A DNA stretch of 63,433 nt from positions 1 to 63,433 of the IMG/VR virus record IMGVR_UViG_3300043177_000093. One strand, given 5' to 3'. Both the position numbers and the translations under genes were made by a program. Positions 46,268 to 56,333 of the stretch are shown one piece after another. Every line of letters begins with the position of its first letter. Within the stretch, counting starts at the first letter, position 1. Source of the stretch: an uncultured virus (IMG/VR IMGVR_UViG_3300043177_000093) (lineage: Duplodnaviria > Heunggongvirae > Uroviricota > Caudoviricetes). A model generated the notes under the pieces. The model did not search any database, was not told the origin of the DNA, and saw nothing but the letters and a program-made list of their open reading frames with translations.

Positions 46268-47101
46268 TCAACCAGCCCAACGCTTGAATCCGAGTCTGTC
46301 GAAAATCCGTTTCGCTCCGGAGACATTTAGACCCTGAAACCGAAAAGCAGACAGCTCCACATCAACGGGAGCATCAGAATTCAGAGACACAATCCGGCGC
46401 AGTTTTGCTAGGTCCGCTTTCTCAAGGTTTTCTGAAAGTTTCTCCGAAAAATCATTTCTGTGTTCTTTCACAGCGTCAGCTGATCCATATTTCTGAATAG
46501 CTTCTGTGGCTCTTTTTTCTCCAAAGCCAGCGACACCCTTCACGTTGTCAGACTGGTCCCCCATGAGAATCTTGATTTCTACAATCTTTGTTGGGGGCAC
46601 TTTCCATTTTCTAGAAACATCCTTTAGGCCCATCCACTCTTTCGTCATTGGATCTAGGATTTTCACAACCGGACTTGCCAATTGATGGAAGTCCTTATCC
46701 GAGGTGACGATGACGCAAGGAAGAGACTCTGAAGCATGACGATCGATCAGCGTGGCAATCAGATCATCTGCCTCGTAGCCATCCAATCGGACCATAGGCA
46801 GTTCTAGAGCAGCACAGAGATCGTGGATCAGCTTGAACTGGGATCCAATCTTCTCCGACTTCGGCTGAGCATCACGCTGCGCTTTGTAATCGGGATCCAG
46901 TCTCCTCCTAAGTAGCTTTTCCCTCGGGCCGTCCAGAGCCATCACCAGATGTGTGATTTCTGGATTCGCACAAATAGAATACAATGCTTTTAGAAAGAAA
47001 TAGACTCCTTTAGTAGGCTCTCCGTTGGGAGAGTAGAGATCAGGCCCCTTCACATAACAACTTCTACAGATCAGATTTCCACCATCTAATAGATAGAACA
47101 C
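46268..47101 (-). CDS. 5'-3' exonuclease / flap endonuclease (Pol I N-terminal-like)
   Basis: LLDG.N, G.PT..V, YKA.R, GYEADDLIATL, TSDKD..QL, GD.SDNV.GV.G.G.K.A. Confidence 0.9.
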   Translation of the reverse strand: MFYLLDGGNLICRSCYVKGPDLYSPNGEPTKGVYFFLKALYSICANPEITHLVMALDGPREKLLRRRLDPDYKAQRDAQPKSEKIGSQFKLIHDLCAALELPMVRLDGYEADDLIATLIDRHASESLPCVIVTSDKDFHQLASPVVKILDPMTKEWMGLKDVSRKWKVPPTKIVEIKILMGDQSDNVKGVAGFGEKRATEAIQKYGSADAVKEHRNDFSEKLSENLEKADLAKLRRIVSLNSDAPVDVELSAFRFQGLNVSGAKRIFDRLGFKRWAG

Positions 47102-47810
47102 TAATCAGGCTCCTCCGTATGTACAGAGACCGGGGGATGGTATTTTGATTGCACCCTCAGCCAAACCCTTCCAGTTTCTGTAATCTGTTGAATCTCCTCG
47201 TTTGTGAACTGCCAGCAGGAAACGTAGTCGTTCCCGACAATTTTCACTGGCAGCGAATACTTCTTACCAGTTCTCGTTGATGGTTGCAACTCACGATTCA
47301 TTGTCAAGAAGGGAATCGGTTCAGCCATGATATTTGCCTCGTGCAATCATCGTCTGGCAGATAGAACAGATTAGTGCCCCAAGTGGAGGAGCCTCAAGTC
47401 TTTGGATTCTATCAGAGATCCGCCAAATGTGATTTCCACAAATAGATTCGCTTCTATCCAAAAGCCGTTTGGGCGGATCTTCGTAGAAATGCCAACACGC
47501 CTTCCTGCCACGCTTTAGAGCCCACACAGGCCTCAAAATAGTATCATCCATAAAATAAGAACAATCGTGGAGAGCATTGTTCCAACACAGACAAACGCGA
47601 TGAAAGTGGTCAGAAGGGTGGCCAGGTCTGAAGGGGAACAACCATCTTTGCTTCGCTTGGCCATTTGTCGAGTCCTATCAGGAGAGCCTTTAGCAGATTC
47701 GTCGGGCAGTCTTCCAGAAGCAGTTCTCCGAGAGTCAACGCTTCTGCTTCGTTATGCAGGGCTGCGATGCTCTTTACTATCCTCTCGACTGGAGAAAGCC
47801 GGGGCGTCAC
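47101..47810 (-). CDS. small hypothetical ORFs (47101-47346, 47321-47641, 47610-47810)
   Basis: overlapping co-oriented ORFs; the first has SCW.FT.EE...I..TG.VWL....HPPV. Confidence 0.45.
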
Positions 47811-48300
47811 GGATGAGTCTCCTGATGTTCTCTAGTCGTTTGTGGATTGCGTGCCTACTCACTCCATCTCGTTTGGCAATTGCATCACTACTCAAGCCAT
47901 GCACCCAGTGTTGGACAGCCGTGCGTGCAAGCAGCGGAGTAGTGGCATTTCTTATGACCTTGACTAGATCCTCTAATTCTAGTTTGTGCCAAGGACGATT
48001 GGATGTTTGATCTAACAAAGATTCTGGGTTCTCTGTCAGAACTACTTTTCTGGCAGTGCCATTCCTGCTATGGGTCCATCTTCTAACATCGTCTATGACT
48101 GTATAAAGCATTTTCCGATAGACAAAGAATCGCCAAGCTGTCTTGCCAGGCTTCCATTCTTTGTCTGCTAAAACCATGCCATAGAGTGCAGAAGCATACA
48201 CTTCATCGTAGCTGACAAGAGGTTTTAGTTTTGACGAGTATTTCCGCGCGATGGATCGCGCGCAGTTCAAGGCGTATTGAAAGTCGTCTCCCTCGTTCAC
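47752..48300 (-). CDS. phage sigma-70-like factor
   Basis: A.SIA.KY...DE..A.ALYG...A...W.P...F.....Y.VID..R (region 2) and HTH GLS..AIA...GVSR.AI (region 4); GTG start 48300. Confidence 0.7.
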   Translation of the reverse strand: MNEGDDFQYALNCARSIARKYSSKLKPLVSYDEVYASALYGMVLADKEWKPGKTAWRFFVYRKMLYTVIDDVRRWTHSRNGTARKVVLTENPESLLDQTSNRPWHKLELEDLVKVIRNATTPLLARTAVQHWVHGLSSDAIAKRDGVSRHAIHKRLENIRRLIRDAPAFSSREDSKEHRSPA

Positions 48301-48305
48301 AACAC

Positions 48306-48910
48306 TCAGCCGGCAATTACCAAAACAAAAAGAATGGCTGTCATGGCAGTCACAAAAATAAAGAACACATGCTCCATAAGCTTCTCGGAAGTCATTGGCC
48401 CTCCCCATGCACTTCGCGGCCTATCTGGTTTAGGGGCCAATAGTCCATGTCCGGGAATATCAGTTTGTGGTTCCTGTCTTCTGTACAAAATGCCCTCATC
48501 TCTCTATCAAGCATTTGGGTTTGTAGATTATGAACATCCGACATCCATTTGTTCTGAGATTCCTGCTCAATGGCTAAGGCTCTGAAATTGGACTCCATTC
48601 CCTTGATCCGCTCACGAAAATCATCGATGGCTGCATTGTTATTATGAACATTCGTTGTGACAGCAGCGGTTTCTACTAAATTTTTGATTCCAAAACCAGC
48701 AGCAGCTCCCACCAGCGCTATTACAGAAAGCACAAGAGGCCAGTTGAGCTGCCGTGCTCGGAACAACTCCTCGATGCGCCGACCTTGAGCCAGAATATCC
48801 TCATGGAGGGCCTTGAAGGATTCCTGGACCTGTCCTTTGAACAGGTCAAACTCGACCCTGGTAACAGCCCCGTTGTTTTTCATCTCATCCATAACTATTT
48901 TGCTAGTCAT
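48306..48910 (-). CDS. coiled-coil/TM protein (48392-48910) plus a 29-aa TM peptide (48306-48395)
   Basis: TM NWPLVLSVIALVGAAAGFG flanked by coiled coils; ATGA overlap into the small TM ORF. Confidence 0.5.
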
Positions 48911-48933
48911 GGTGCCAATCGTGATGCAGGGAG

Positions 48934-48992
48934 AAAAAGTAGAGCACCCCCGCCGCCATGTCAGAAGATGCTGCCCCTACGGCGGGGGTGCT
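48934..48992 (-). terminator. intrinsic terminator
   Basis: AGCACCCCCGCCG/CGGCGGGGGTGCT 13-bp stem; A run at 48934-48938 gives the U tract. Confidence 0.6.
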
Positions 48993-49029
48993 GTAGCCAG
49001 TCCAGGAGGGTCAGGGACAGCATTTGTTC

Positions 49030-50205
49030 TTAGAGTCCAGCAGACCACCAATCAGCAAAACCACAATTCTTTCCTGGATTCAAGCCATACTCTACAGGAT
49101 GAGTGGTGCCATACACTTTGTTGGTGATGTGAGGAACCCAACGATCATCGAAAGCAGCTCCAGCATTGCAATCTGCAAGTTCATTAGGTGGGTAGCTGTA
49201 GATATCATAAAGCCAGGCTATCGCTCGATCTATCGCAGATGATTGCCAAGCATACGATTGGAATCCACATCTAGAGAGTAAATGTGCCTGCATCACCAAT
49301 CCCTGCATTGTTTCCCAAGCATAGCCCGTGGTAAAACCATAAGCTGCTGGGTAATCACCCAACCCACAATCTGCAACACGCCGCTGATCATCCGGGATTG
49401 ACCCATTCAACTCCCCTCCGGAACATTGACCATTACATGCAGGATTTATTCCCCTCTTGTTTGAGGAATCTACATGCCAAGAATCATTAGAATGAAATAT
49501 GAAGCCATTGTAGTAAGTGGTATCTCCAACAAATCCTCTAAAGGTTCGCATTCTAGCACACAGATAGGTGGCATTTTGGAGATATATTCCTATAGCAATA
49601 GCTGAGGCTCCACAATAGTTTCCATGATTGTTTGGACGAGCATCATGGCAACCCGCTATATTTTTATTCTTACAACCATCTCCCCCAGAGATATTGTTGG
49701 CCCAATCACTCCGCAATCTGGCTTCTTCCAACCAACCACAAAAATCTGCATAGAGAGTCGGATCTACTGTCTCTAGATCAATAGTATCAGCTGCCAATAC
49801 ATAAGATAAAGTATTTCTGCAAGCGCCAATAATTGAATAGTTTGCAGGAACAAAAGCAGGATTGGCAAATGCAAACTCAGTAATCAACTGATTCAATGCT
49901 AATGTCACTTTGGTCCTGGCAGATGTGTTACCAGAACCAGCATATACTAGGGCATTTGCAAATGTCCAAACGTCATGTGTGTTCTCTATATCTACCCAGT
50001 CACAGGTGGGTTCAGTCAAGGCTGCATAGGCGATAATAGAATCCCACGCCTGCTCTTGTTCTGGACTAATTCCTGGTTCTGACGTTATCAGAATAGAGTC
50101 CCAATCTGGGACTAGCATTTCTTGCACTTCAGGAAAAGTGGGTAGGCAAGCTGGCTGACCACCACCTTGAAACATCAAAGCAACTAGAAGCAGCATAAAT
50201 CTCAA
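49030..50205 (-). CDS. secreted alginate-lyase-like (alpha/alpha toroid) protein
   Basis: signal peptide; RPNNHG, A..A..YL, PDDQRR, Y.WE..QG motifs; paralogous to the C-terminus of 50462-52918. Confidence 0.55.
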   Translation of the reverse strand: MRFMLLLVALMFQGGGQPACLPTFPEVQEMLVPDWDSILITSEPGISPEQEQAWDSIIAYAALTEPTCDWVDIENTHDVWTFANALVYAGSGNTSARTKVTLALNQLITEFAFANPAFVPANYSIIGACRNTLSYVLAADTIDLETVDPTLYADFCGWLEEARLRSDWANNISGGDGCKNKNIAGCHDARPNNHGNYCGASAIAIGIYLQNATYLCARMRTFRGFVGDTTYYNGFIFHSNDSWHVDSSNKRGINPACNGQCSGGELNGSIPDDQRRVADCGLGDYPAAYGFTTGYAWETMQGLVMQAHLLSRCGFQSYAWQSSAIDRAIAWLYDIYSYPPNELADCNAGAAFDDRWVPHITNKVYGTTHPVEYGLNPGKNCGFADWWSAGL

Positions 50206-50471
50206 GCCTTTTCTGAGTGAATCCCTATACCGACAAGCTGATGCAAAGAACCATCACACTCAGAGCAGTAAGTAGCACCAGCAACGTCCCAGAGAATCTT
50301 ATCAACATTTTCTGCTGGAACAAGATGAAGCACACCAGAACAATTGAAGGACAAAGCCGAACAACTGCCAGATCCTGGCGTTGATGGGAGATATGTTATA
50401 GAAAGATGGTTGGCACTGTACCTAGACCCATCTTTCGTCAGCACAGTTATAGAAGAACGAATCATGGCCAT
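50202..50471 (-). CDS. hypothetical protein
   Basis: 89 aa, overlaps both neighbours. Confidence 0.4.
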   Translation of the reverse strand: MAMIRSSITVLTKDGSRYSANHLSITYLPSTPGSGSCSALSFNCSGVLHLVPAENVDKILWDVAGATYCSECDGSLHQLVGIGIHSEKA

Positions 50472-52918
50472 GTAGGAGTAAGGGTTGTCCAGTCAGTGTA
50501 CCCAACTGCTTTTCCATGAGGCGCAGGCTGGATCTGTGGCAAGTTCAATCCCGGATAAATTCTGTTCACCACCCAACTCTGCCAGCGATCATCTGACCCA
50601 TTTACAGCGTCATTAGGTGGTTGCCCATGCACAAAAGTTGCCCAATAATAAGCCCGCCGAATTGCTTGAGCTGACCATTGCCAAACATCCGGGTAGCCAT
50701 GCCGAGCAAGCAGAATTGCTTGAGCCTGGACCCCTTGTAGCCCTTCGTAGACATAGTTTGTTTTAGCAGCGTAGTTGTCTGGAAAGCTGCCACTTCTTCG
50801 TTGATCATCAGGCAGCACACCACCAATATCCAAACCCTGCTTTGTGCCTGATGGATTTATACCAACTGGCCTGGATTCATCTAGCTGCCAAGATAATTCA
50901 CCATAAGAGAAGCCACTATAGACAGAACGGTCTCCGAGGTAGCCTCGAAAAACTTCAGCGGCTCTAGCAAGATCAATATTATCACCAAGATATACTGCTG
51001 CTGCAATACGGGATGCTCCTGCATGAGTGCCCCAGTTGTTGGGTCGATCTTCGTGTGTAGAAATCAAGGTTCGACCATCCAGAATCTCTGTACGCACAGC
51101 AGCAAGCCAAGATCGGAAAGAGACATCCGAGAGCCCAATCAGATCAGCCGCCAGCACCAGGCACAAAAGATTTCGACCAAGAGCAAGGGTGCGCCCACCG
51201 TTTTCGGTCTCCATTGCATTCAGAATGGTCGAGCGAACAAAAGCAGCACGAGCTGCGTCTCCAGTCCGGGCTGCCACGAGGGCAGCCGCCAACAGATTTG
51301 AGTCATCCTGCTCGTCCTGGTCCGATAGGTTGATCGGGCCAAGGACATTTGCGTCACTAAGAAGCTCATTCCAGGCTGCCCCCGTTGTCGGTAGGAGAGC
51401 CAACTCATCCGGATCAATCCAGATTCCAGTTGAGGTCGGAGGAGGACTCGTGGGGGGACGGATACCTCGCCCTGGGGAGATCGGACTCCCAGCTTGGGGT
51501 ATGGGCTCTACAGGCACCTCGACAGCATGAGTCTCGGTGTCGCTGCCATCAGCTCCAACCACCAGCAGTGAGACCGTGTAGCGGCCCGGTGCTGGATACA
51601 GGTGCCCTGTCTGCTCACCGAGCCCTCCAGTGCCGTCTCCGAAATCCCAAATCCAACCAGAGACATCTCCAATTGAGCATCGAGCATCGAACGCAATGTG
51701 GGTGTAGTTTGTTCTCTCAGCAGTGAAACAGGCTACCGGAGGAGCGGTCGTATCATTTTTTGTGATAGAAAATCCATCTCTGGTTGTGCCATCCTGATCG
51801 ACAAAAAAGCCACGAATCTCATTCGGAGTCACATCTACATATGAAAATCCAGCAACATTCCCAATTCCAATCGCCATCAGAGGATGGTCCAGATCACCTG
51901 AACCGGTTTTGCCTGCGCACCCTGAGACAACGTAGACCGCTCCCTCTGGAGGATTCGTATAGTCACTAGGATTTGTCTGAACGATAGCACTTGCTCGCAC
52001 CAAGTAACTACGCTCGTAATTGTGGCTGTGCCCGACCAACACTAGATCGACCAGCTGCGCATCAAACAACGGGACCAAGTTCTGACGCAAAGTTCTCAGC
52101 TCGCTCTCAGCATCTGAATCGTGAGTGCCATGAGAGTAAACTGGGTGGTGCATGAAAACGATGCGCCACCGAGAATCTTGGGCAGCAATCAGATCATCCT
52201 CAGCCCACTGCCACATCGCGCCAGAAGGAGAACTGGAGCTGCTTTCAGAATCTAGACAAACAAAGTGGACCATTCCATAGTCGAAGCTGTAGTAACGCTC
52301 TGTATTGCTAGGATGCCCTGGACCACCCGTAGTTGTTGGAAGATAGAAAGCATCGTAAAATGGAGCCCCATTGCTCGTACTGGCATCGTGATTTCCGAGC
52401 GTCGGCCAGAACGTCATGCGTGGAAGCATGTCCTTGTACGGCGTGAAGAGCTTGGGATCGAAATCTGCTGCTGCCCCGCTTTCGTAGACCAGATCGCCGA
52501 GGCCCAGTGCGAAGTGGACATCCGAAACCAGCTCCATTCGGTCTGCAACCGCATACTGAGTAGAGTTTCCAGTTCCACTGTCACCAAAGGCCAAAAATCG
52601 AAAAGGCCGACCATCACCCAGACCAGGATGCGTTCGTAGGACCCCAGATCCAAGTCCAGGCTCGATCGTGTATGGGTAGGCTGTGCCTGAAGTCAATCCG
52701 GACACAGAAAAGACGTGCTGAGTCCCACTAGGACTGGAGATTGTCTGCCCACCAATATGCAGCTGAGCTGAGGTGGCGGTGTCCGTACGACAGACCACCA
52801 GCCCACCATCGTTGTCCGTAGATTGAATATAAGGACCACGAGTTACAACTGGAGGAAGACTCATCCATGCGATGGCGAGCAGAGCAACAGTCATAACAAA
52901 TAGAATCTTCTTGCTCAT
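50462..52918 (-). CDS. secreted purple-acid-phosphatase + PKD + alginate-lyase-like fusion
   Basis: signal/TM, RGPY.Q, FGDSG, GDLVY, GNHD, HHP.Y, GHSH.YER; PKD WDFGDG..H.Y..PG.YTV.L; Pro linker; RPNNWG lyase-like domain. Confidence 0.75.
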   Translation of the reverse strand: MSKKILFVMTVALLAIAWMSLPPVVTRGPYIQSTDNDGGLVVCRTDTATSAQLHIGGQTISSPSGTQHVFSVSGLTSGTAYPYTIEPGLGSGVLRTHPGLGDGRPFRFLAFGDSGTGNSTQYAVADRMELVSDVHFALGLGDLVYESGAAADFDPKLFTPYKDMLPRMTFWPTLGNHDASTSNGAPFYDAFYLPTTTGGPGHPSNTERYYSFDYGMVHFVCLDSESSSSSPSGAMWQWAEDDLIAAQDSRWRIVFMHHPVYSHGTHDSDAESELRTLRQNLVPLFDAQLVDLVLVGHSHNYERSYLVRASAIVQTNPSDYTNPPEGAVYVVSGCAGKTGSGDLDHPLMAIGIGNVAGFSYVDVTPNEIRGFFVDQDGTTRDGFSITKNDTTAPPVACFTAERTNYTHIAFDARCSIGDVSGWIWDFGDGTGGLGEQTGHLYPAPGRYTVSLLVVGADGSDTETHAVEVPVEPIPQAGSPISPGRGIRPPTSPPPTSTGIWIDPDELALLPTTGAAWNELLSDANVLGPINLSDQDEQDDSNLLAAALVAARTGDAARAAFVRSTILNAMETENGGRTLALGRNLLCLVLAADLIGLSDVSFRSWLAAVRTEILDGRTLISTHEDRPNNWGTHAGASRIAAAVYLGDNIDLARAAEVFRGYLGDRSVYSGFSYGELSWQLDESRPVGINPSGTKQGLDIGGVLPDDQRRSGSFPDNYAAKTNYVYEGLQGVQAQAILLARHGYPDVWQWSAQAIRRAYYWATFVHGQPPNDAVNGSDDRWQSWVVNRIYPGLNLPQIQPAPHGKAVGYTDWTTLTPTWP

Positions 52919-52923
52919 AGAAT

Positions 52924-53367
52924 CTAACTCTTGATTGGATAATTGTCAGAAGAAAAAGTTGGTCTGGCTCCTTTTCCATCCCAAGGAATCCCCCACCCTC
53001 CGGAGAGAAGGAGCTTCACTAGATTCAGACCACCAGGAACCATCACATCAGCTAGCCAACGACCATATTTATCACCCTTGTAGCTGCTGATTGTGATTTC
53101 TGTGCCTTCAGGACAAAAACCCCTCGAAGCGTTAGTTGCAAGAAGGCCCATTTCTCGCTCAGACCCAGAATCCTCTGGAGCCTCGTACCCATAAAGCCGA
53201 AATCGAATTCGACTTTTTACCTCGCTTGTGACAGCGGTTATGTAGAAACCCAAATCAACTTCTGCCTCAGTGAAGCAGATATCAGCATCAAAAGTATCAC
53301 CATCAATCCAACGTATTAGTCGTCCACGATACAGGCGAGGCACTGTTAGCTGTGTAGTCATGGACAT
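52924..53367 (-). CDS. thermonuclease (SNase-like)
   Basis: IDGDT, DLGF, RFRL.G.EAPE, DKYGRWLA, N....L..G.G. Confidence 0.8.
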   Translation of the reverse strand: MSMTTQLTVPRLYRGRLIRWIDGDTFDADICFTEAEVDLGFYITAVTSEVKSRIRFRLYGYEAPEDSGSEREMGLLATNASRGFCPEGTEITISSYKGDKYGRWLADVMVPGGLNLVKLLLSGGWGIPWDGKGARPTFSSDNYPIKS

Positions 53368-53917
53368 TCCAAGTTATAGTTACTGGATTGTTAGTGCTAG
53401 CGCTCGAAATGTAGCACCAGCCGACAGTATCCGGCTGTAGACAAACAACATCCTTAGATTGTTTGGTCTTATTTGCCAAAATCAGTCCAAAAAGACCTTG
53501 AAAAAATCCTCTTCTTGAAAATCCCACGATCTCCACCTCCTCAGAAAATATACCTAATACTCAGAATCCAGATGTAGAGAGATGAGGTTCTTCTAAAACT
53601 TTCACCCCTGGTAATGTCACGGCATCGTTTGAGACTACCACCAAACCATATAGATGCAGAAACCCTCTTTTTTGGAATTCAGCAGCCATTGCCTGATCTG
53701 ATTCATCTACTGGAATACAGAATGTGACAGCCCAGATTAGCCTTACCATGTCTCGGGGGAGGACAAGGAGCAGCCGCTGCTCGCTTATTCCAGATTCCCG
53801 CTTCTGTTTTATCTCTTTTAGTAAATCTCCACGAATCCGATCAGCCCACTCAATCAAACTCTCGGTTTTTCTGACTGAGTAGGAGCCCCAGTCACGCAAA
53901 GGAATTGAGTTCTCCAT
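53303..53917 (-). CDS. two small ORFs: 53561-53917 and Tat-signal ORF 53303-53536
   Basis: SRRGFF twin-arginine motif and GAGGAG RBS for the second ORF. Confidence 0.45.
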
Positions 53918-53942
53918 GAGATAAGCTATACTGGCGTTATAG

Positions 53943-53978
53943 AAAAACCCCTCTCAGCTGATTGGCAACTGAGAGGGG
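53943..53978 (-). terminator. terminator after the portal-scaffold operon
   Basis: CCCCTCTCAG/CTGAGAGGGG stem; AAAAA at 53943-53947 gives the U tract. Confidence 0.7.
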
Positions 53979-54029
53979 CTAGAAAAAGATGTGTCGGAAA
54001 ACTCGATTCAGGGCATCAAGACACCACTA

Positions 54030-54821
54030 TCACATACCTTTGATTTTGACCTTACCAGTGGCGATGCCCTCCAGGTTCCGACCAAAGACTACTGGATCTG
54101 AGCCGTCGATGACTTTGCCCTCGAAGGCTGTGTCCCTCTTCGTGCCCTCAGCCCCACCACCCTTCGATTGCTCGAAGAGAAAAGGAGCCTCCTCAGCACA
54201 ATCAGCCATCCATTCGTCTAGAGTGATGACCTCTCCACCTTTCCCAAAAATCAACTCGTCACCCTTCTTGGGTACCAGCTGTCCGCGCTCATCCAGCTTC
54301 CAGACACTCTTTGCCCGAGACATGATATCCTGGAGAGCACCCTTTCTCGGACTGCCGAACCGTTCGACGGCCTTCTGAATTTCAGTGTTGACAAGAACTT
54401 CGTCCAGCCGACGCTTCAGAACATCCCGCTCACCAATTGTGCTCTTCAGAGCTTCATCTTTTGCACTAATCTTTTTCTCGTAGTCACTTTTCATCGCCTC
54501 CGTGCGTTTGACGATGACTTCTTCCATCTTGCCATCTTTCCAAAGATTCTGATCGTCTTGATGGTTCTTCTGTTCCAGGACCTTCAGTGCCTCCTGGTAC
54601 TTATCAAGATCGACATCTTTGTATTTCTCTAGATTCGCCTTCAGCGATCCAACCTCACCAAACAGAGTCCGATTGTTCTTTCTAAACTCGTCTAGTTTGG
54701 CCTTGTAATCAGTGTCATCCAATCCCTTCAGGATGTATTGTTCTCCGTCCGGCTCGTAGAGATCACGGTATTTTTCCTCTACATCCTCCAGCGTCTTTAC
54801 AATAGATTTTAGCTTAGCCAT
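54030..54821 (-). CDS. capsid scaffolding protein
   Basis: LK.....LE.V.E.YR.LY....G..Y.L, EFR.NN, coiled coil, AP.LF..S.GGGA; directly after portal. Confidence 0.8.
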   Translation of the reverse strand: MAKLKSIVKTLEDVEEKYRDLYEPDGEQYILKGLDDTDYKAKLDEFRKNNRTLFGEVGSLKANLEKYKDVDLDKYQEALKVLEQKNHQDDQNLWKDGKMEEVIVKRTEAMKSDYEKKISAKDEALKSTIGERDVLKRRLDEVLVNTEIQKAVERFGSPRKGALQDIMSRAKSVWKLDERGQLVPKKGDELIFGKGGEVITLDEWMADCAEEAPFLFEQSKGGGAEGTKRDTAFEGKVIDGSDPVVFGRNLEGIATGKVKIKGM

Positions 54822-56283
54822 CGTCTTCTTCGGTCTCCTCAGGAGATCCGTTTGTCATGGCAGGCTCTCCCATTCTCGCAGAGAGTTCTGCCAACTGTTT
54901 ATTGATCAAGACCTTCTCATCGGAGAAAGTCCGGTGGTCAGGAATCAGCTCGCCGCGTTTCAGGTTGTAGAACAGAGTTTCGTGAGAGATTAGTCCAGCC
55001 TGAACCAGCTGCATCAGCCCAACGAGAATGTTCGGAGAAATAGTAGCCGTCTGGAAGTCCTTGTTCAGACTCACTGAAATGGATTCTACTTCTCTCTGAG
55101 AGAGACCAATCCATTGTCCGACCACTTTCATAGCCGAAGTGAGTGACGAAGAACAAGTTCCAGATATCGTAGCTAGAGTACTTGCTTCGCCAGACTGCCG
55201 AAGCCTGACAGTCTCTGCCGCCTCTGTTCCAATAGGAAGCTCCTCCAGCATCCGAGCGCCAAGGATAGCCATGAGCTTCTCTTTCGCTGCCATCCCCTCC
55301 TGAAGGTGCCCAAGGCCAGCCCCAGTAAACTCCAGGAATCCTGCTCTGGCGTTACTCTGCTCTGTTACCCAAGCCCTTGACGATCCAATGGTCAGCTGTT
55401 GGTTAGGATCAAAGCCTGCAACCCAAGCAGTAGGTAGTGCCGTGAAGTGGCGGCCGTGCTCCAGATCAGCTGAGTTCCTGTAGTGAGAAAAGTTTACGCT
55501 GACCAGATCAATCAACGGGCTTTTTTCTGGAGCTAGATTGATCGAGCTAGCATTCGTCGGGAAGAACGGGATGCTCCTGAGCAGTCTGCCTCCACGCATC
55601 TGCGGAACAATTCGATCCACCAAAATGTACTGCTCTTTATCCTCACTGGTCTTGCTAGATTCAACCTTGCACCAGATTTCCTGGTAATAAACCGGACCGC
55701 TTTCTAACTCACTAGAGGGGACCTCTTCAGGAAATCCCAGACGCAAAATCCGCCAAAAAGGCGCGAGCACCGTCTTGTAGTGATCATCATCACTCCGAGT
55801 TTCCCGAAGCTCGAACAAAACAATCTCTACCGGAGTTCCTTCGACCTCCCACCAGTTGATTATCGATTCAGCGGAATAGTTGACCAAATAGGGATCAGCT
55901 CCTTCGGTGCGCGGAGCATCCACAAACAAGCCAACCCGTCCAATTCCCACAGCTTCAGAAACAAGCTCCTTGGAAACATCCTCCAAGGTTTTGTTATTCC
56001 TTCCGATGGATTTTAGAATCTGTGAGTGCCTTTCTGGAAAGACTACTTCTGGGGCCTTCCTGAAAATTGCTCCAGTTAGCCCTTGGACTGTGCGAGAACT
56101 CGCGCCATAGAACATGGCGCGCTCCTTGTAGGAAGCGTACTCGTTGCTGTCCTGACCAGAAAGTTGTGGAAGAAAAGCTGTGCCGGCGGCCTTGACTGCC
56201 TCCTCACCCGCTATCGCAATCCGAACCTTCTCCCACTGCCCCAGGAATTTCTCGTACTGGGGATGTTTTGTAGAAATCGGCAT
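54814..56283 (-). CDS. portal protein (DUF4055-like)
   Basis: HP.Y......W......G...VK..G..FLP, Y..Y..RA.FY, PL.DL...N..HYR.SAD.EHG.H..ALP, M..LGAR. Confidence 0.88.
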   Translation of the reverse strand: MPISTKHPQYEKFLGQWEKVRIAIAGEEAVKAAGTAFLPQLSGQDSNEYASYKERAMFYGASSRTVQGLTGAIFRKAPEVVFPERHSQILKSIGRNNKTLEDVSKELVSEAVGIGRVGLFVDAPRTEGADPYLVNYSAESIINWWEVEGTPVEIVLFELRETRSDDDHYKTVLAPFWRILRLGFPEEVPSSELESGPVYYQEIWCKVESSKTSEDKEQYILVDRIVPQMRGGRLLRSIPFFPTNASSINLAPEKSPLIDLVSVNFSHYRNSADLEHGRHFTALPTAWVAGFDPNQQLTIGSSRAWVTEQSNARAGFLEFTGAGLGHLQEGMAAKEKLMAILGARMLEELPIGTEAAETVRLRQSGEASTLATISGTCSSSLTSAMKVVGQWIGLSQREVESISVSLNKDFQTATISPNILVGLMQLVQAGLISHETLFYNLKRGELIPDHRTFSDEKVLINKQLAELSARMGEPAMTNGSPEETEEDDG

Positions 56284-56333
56284 ATGGTCATCTAGATATA
56301 CTCCAGATTCCAGAACCGCCGTATGATTTCTAC

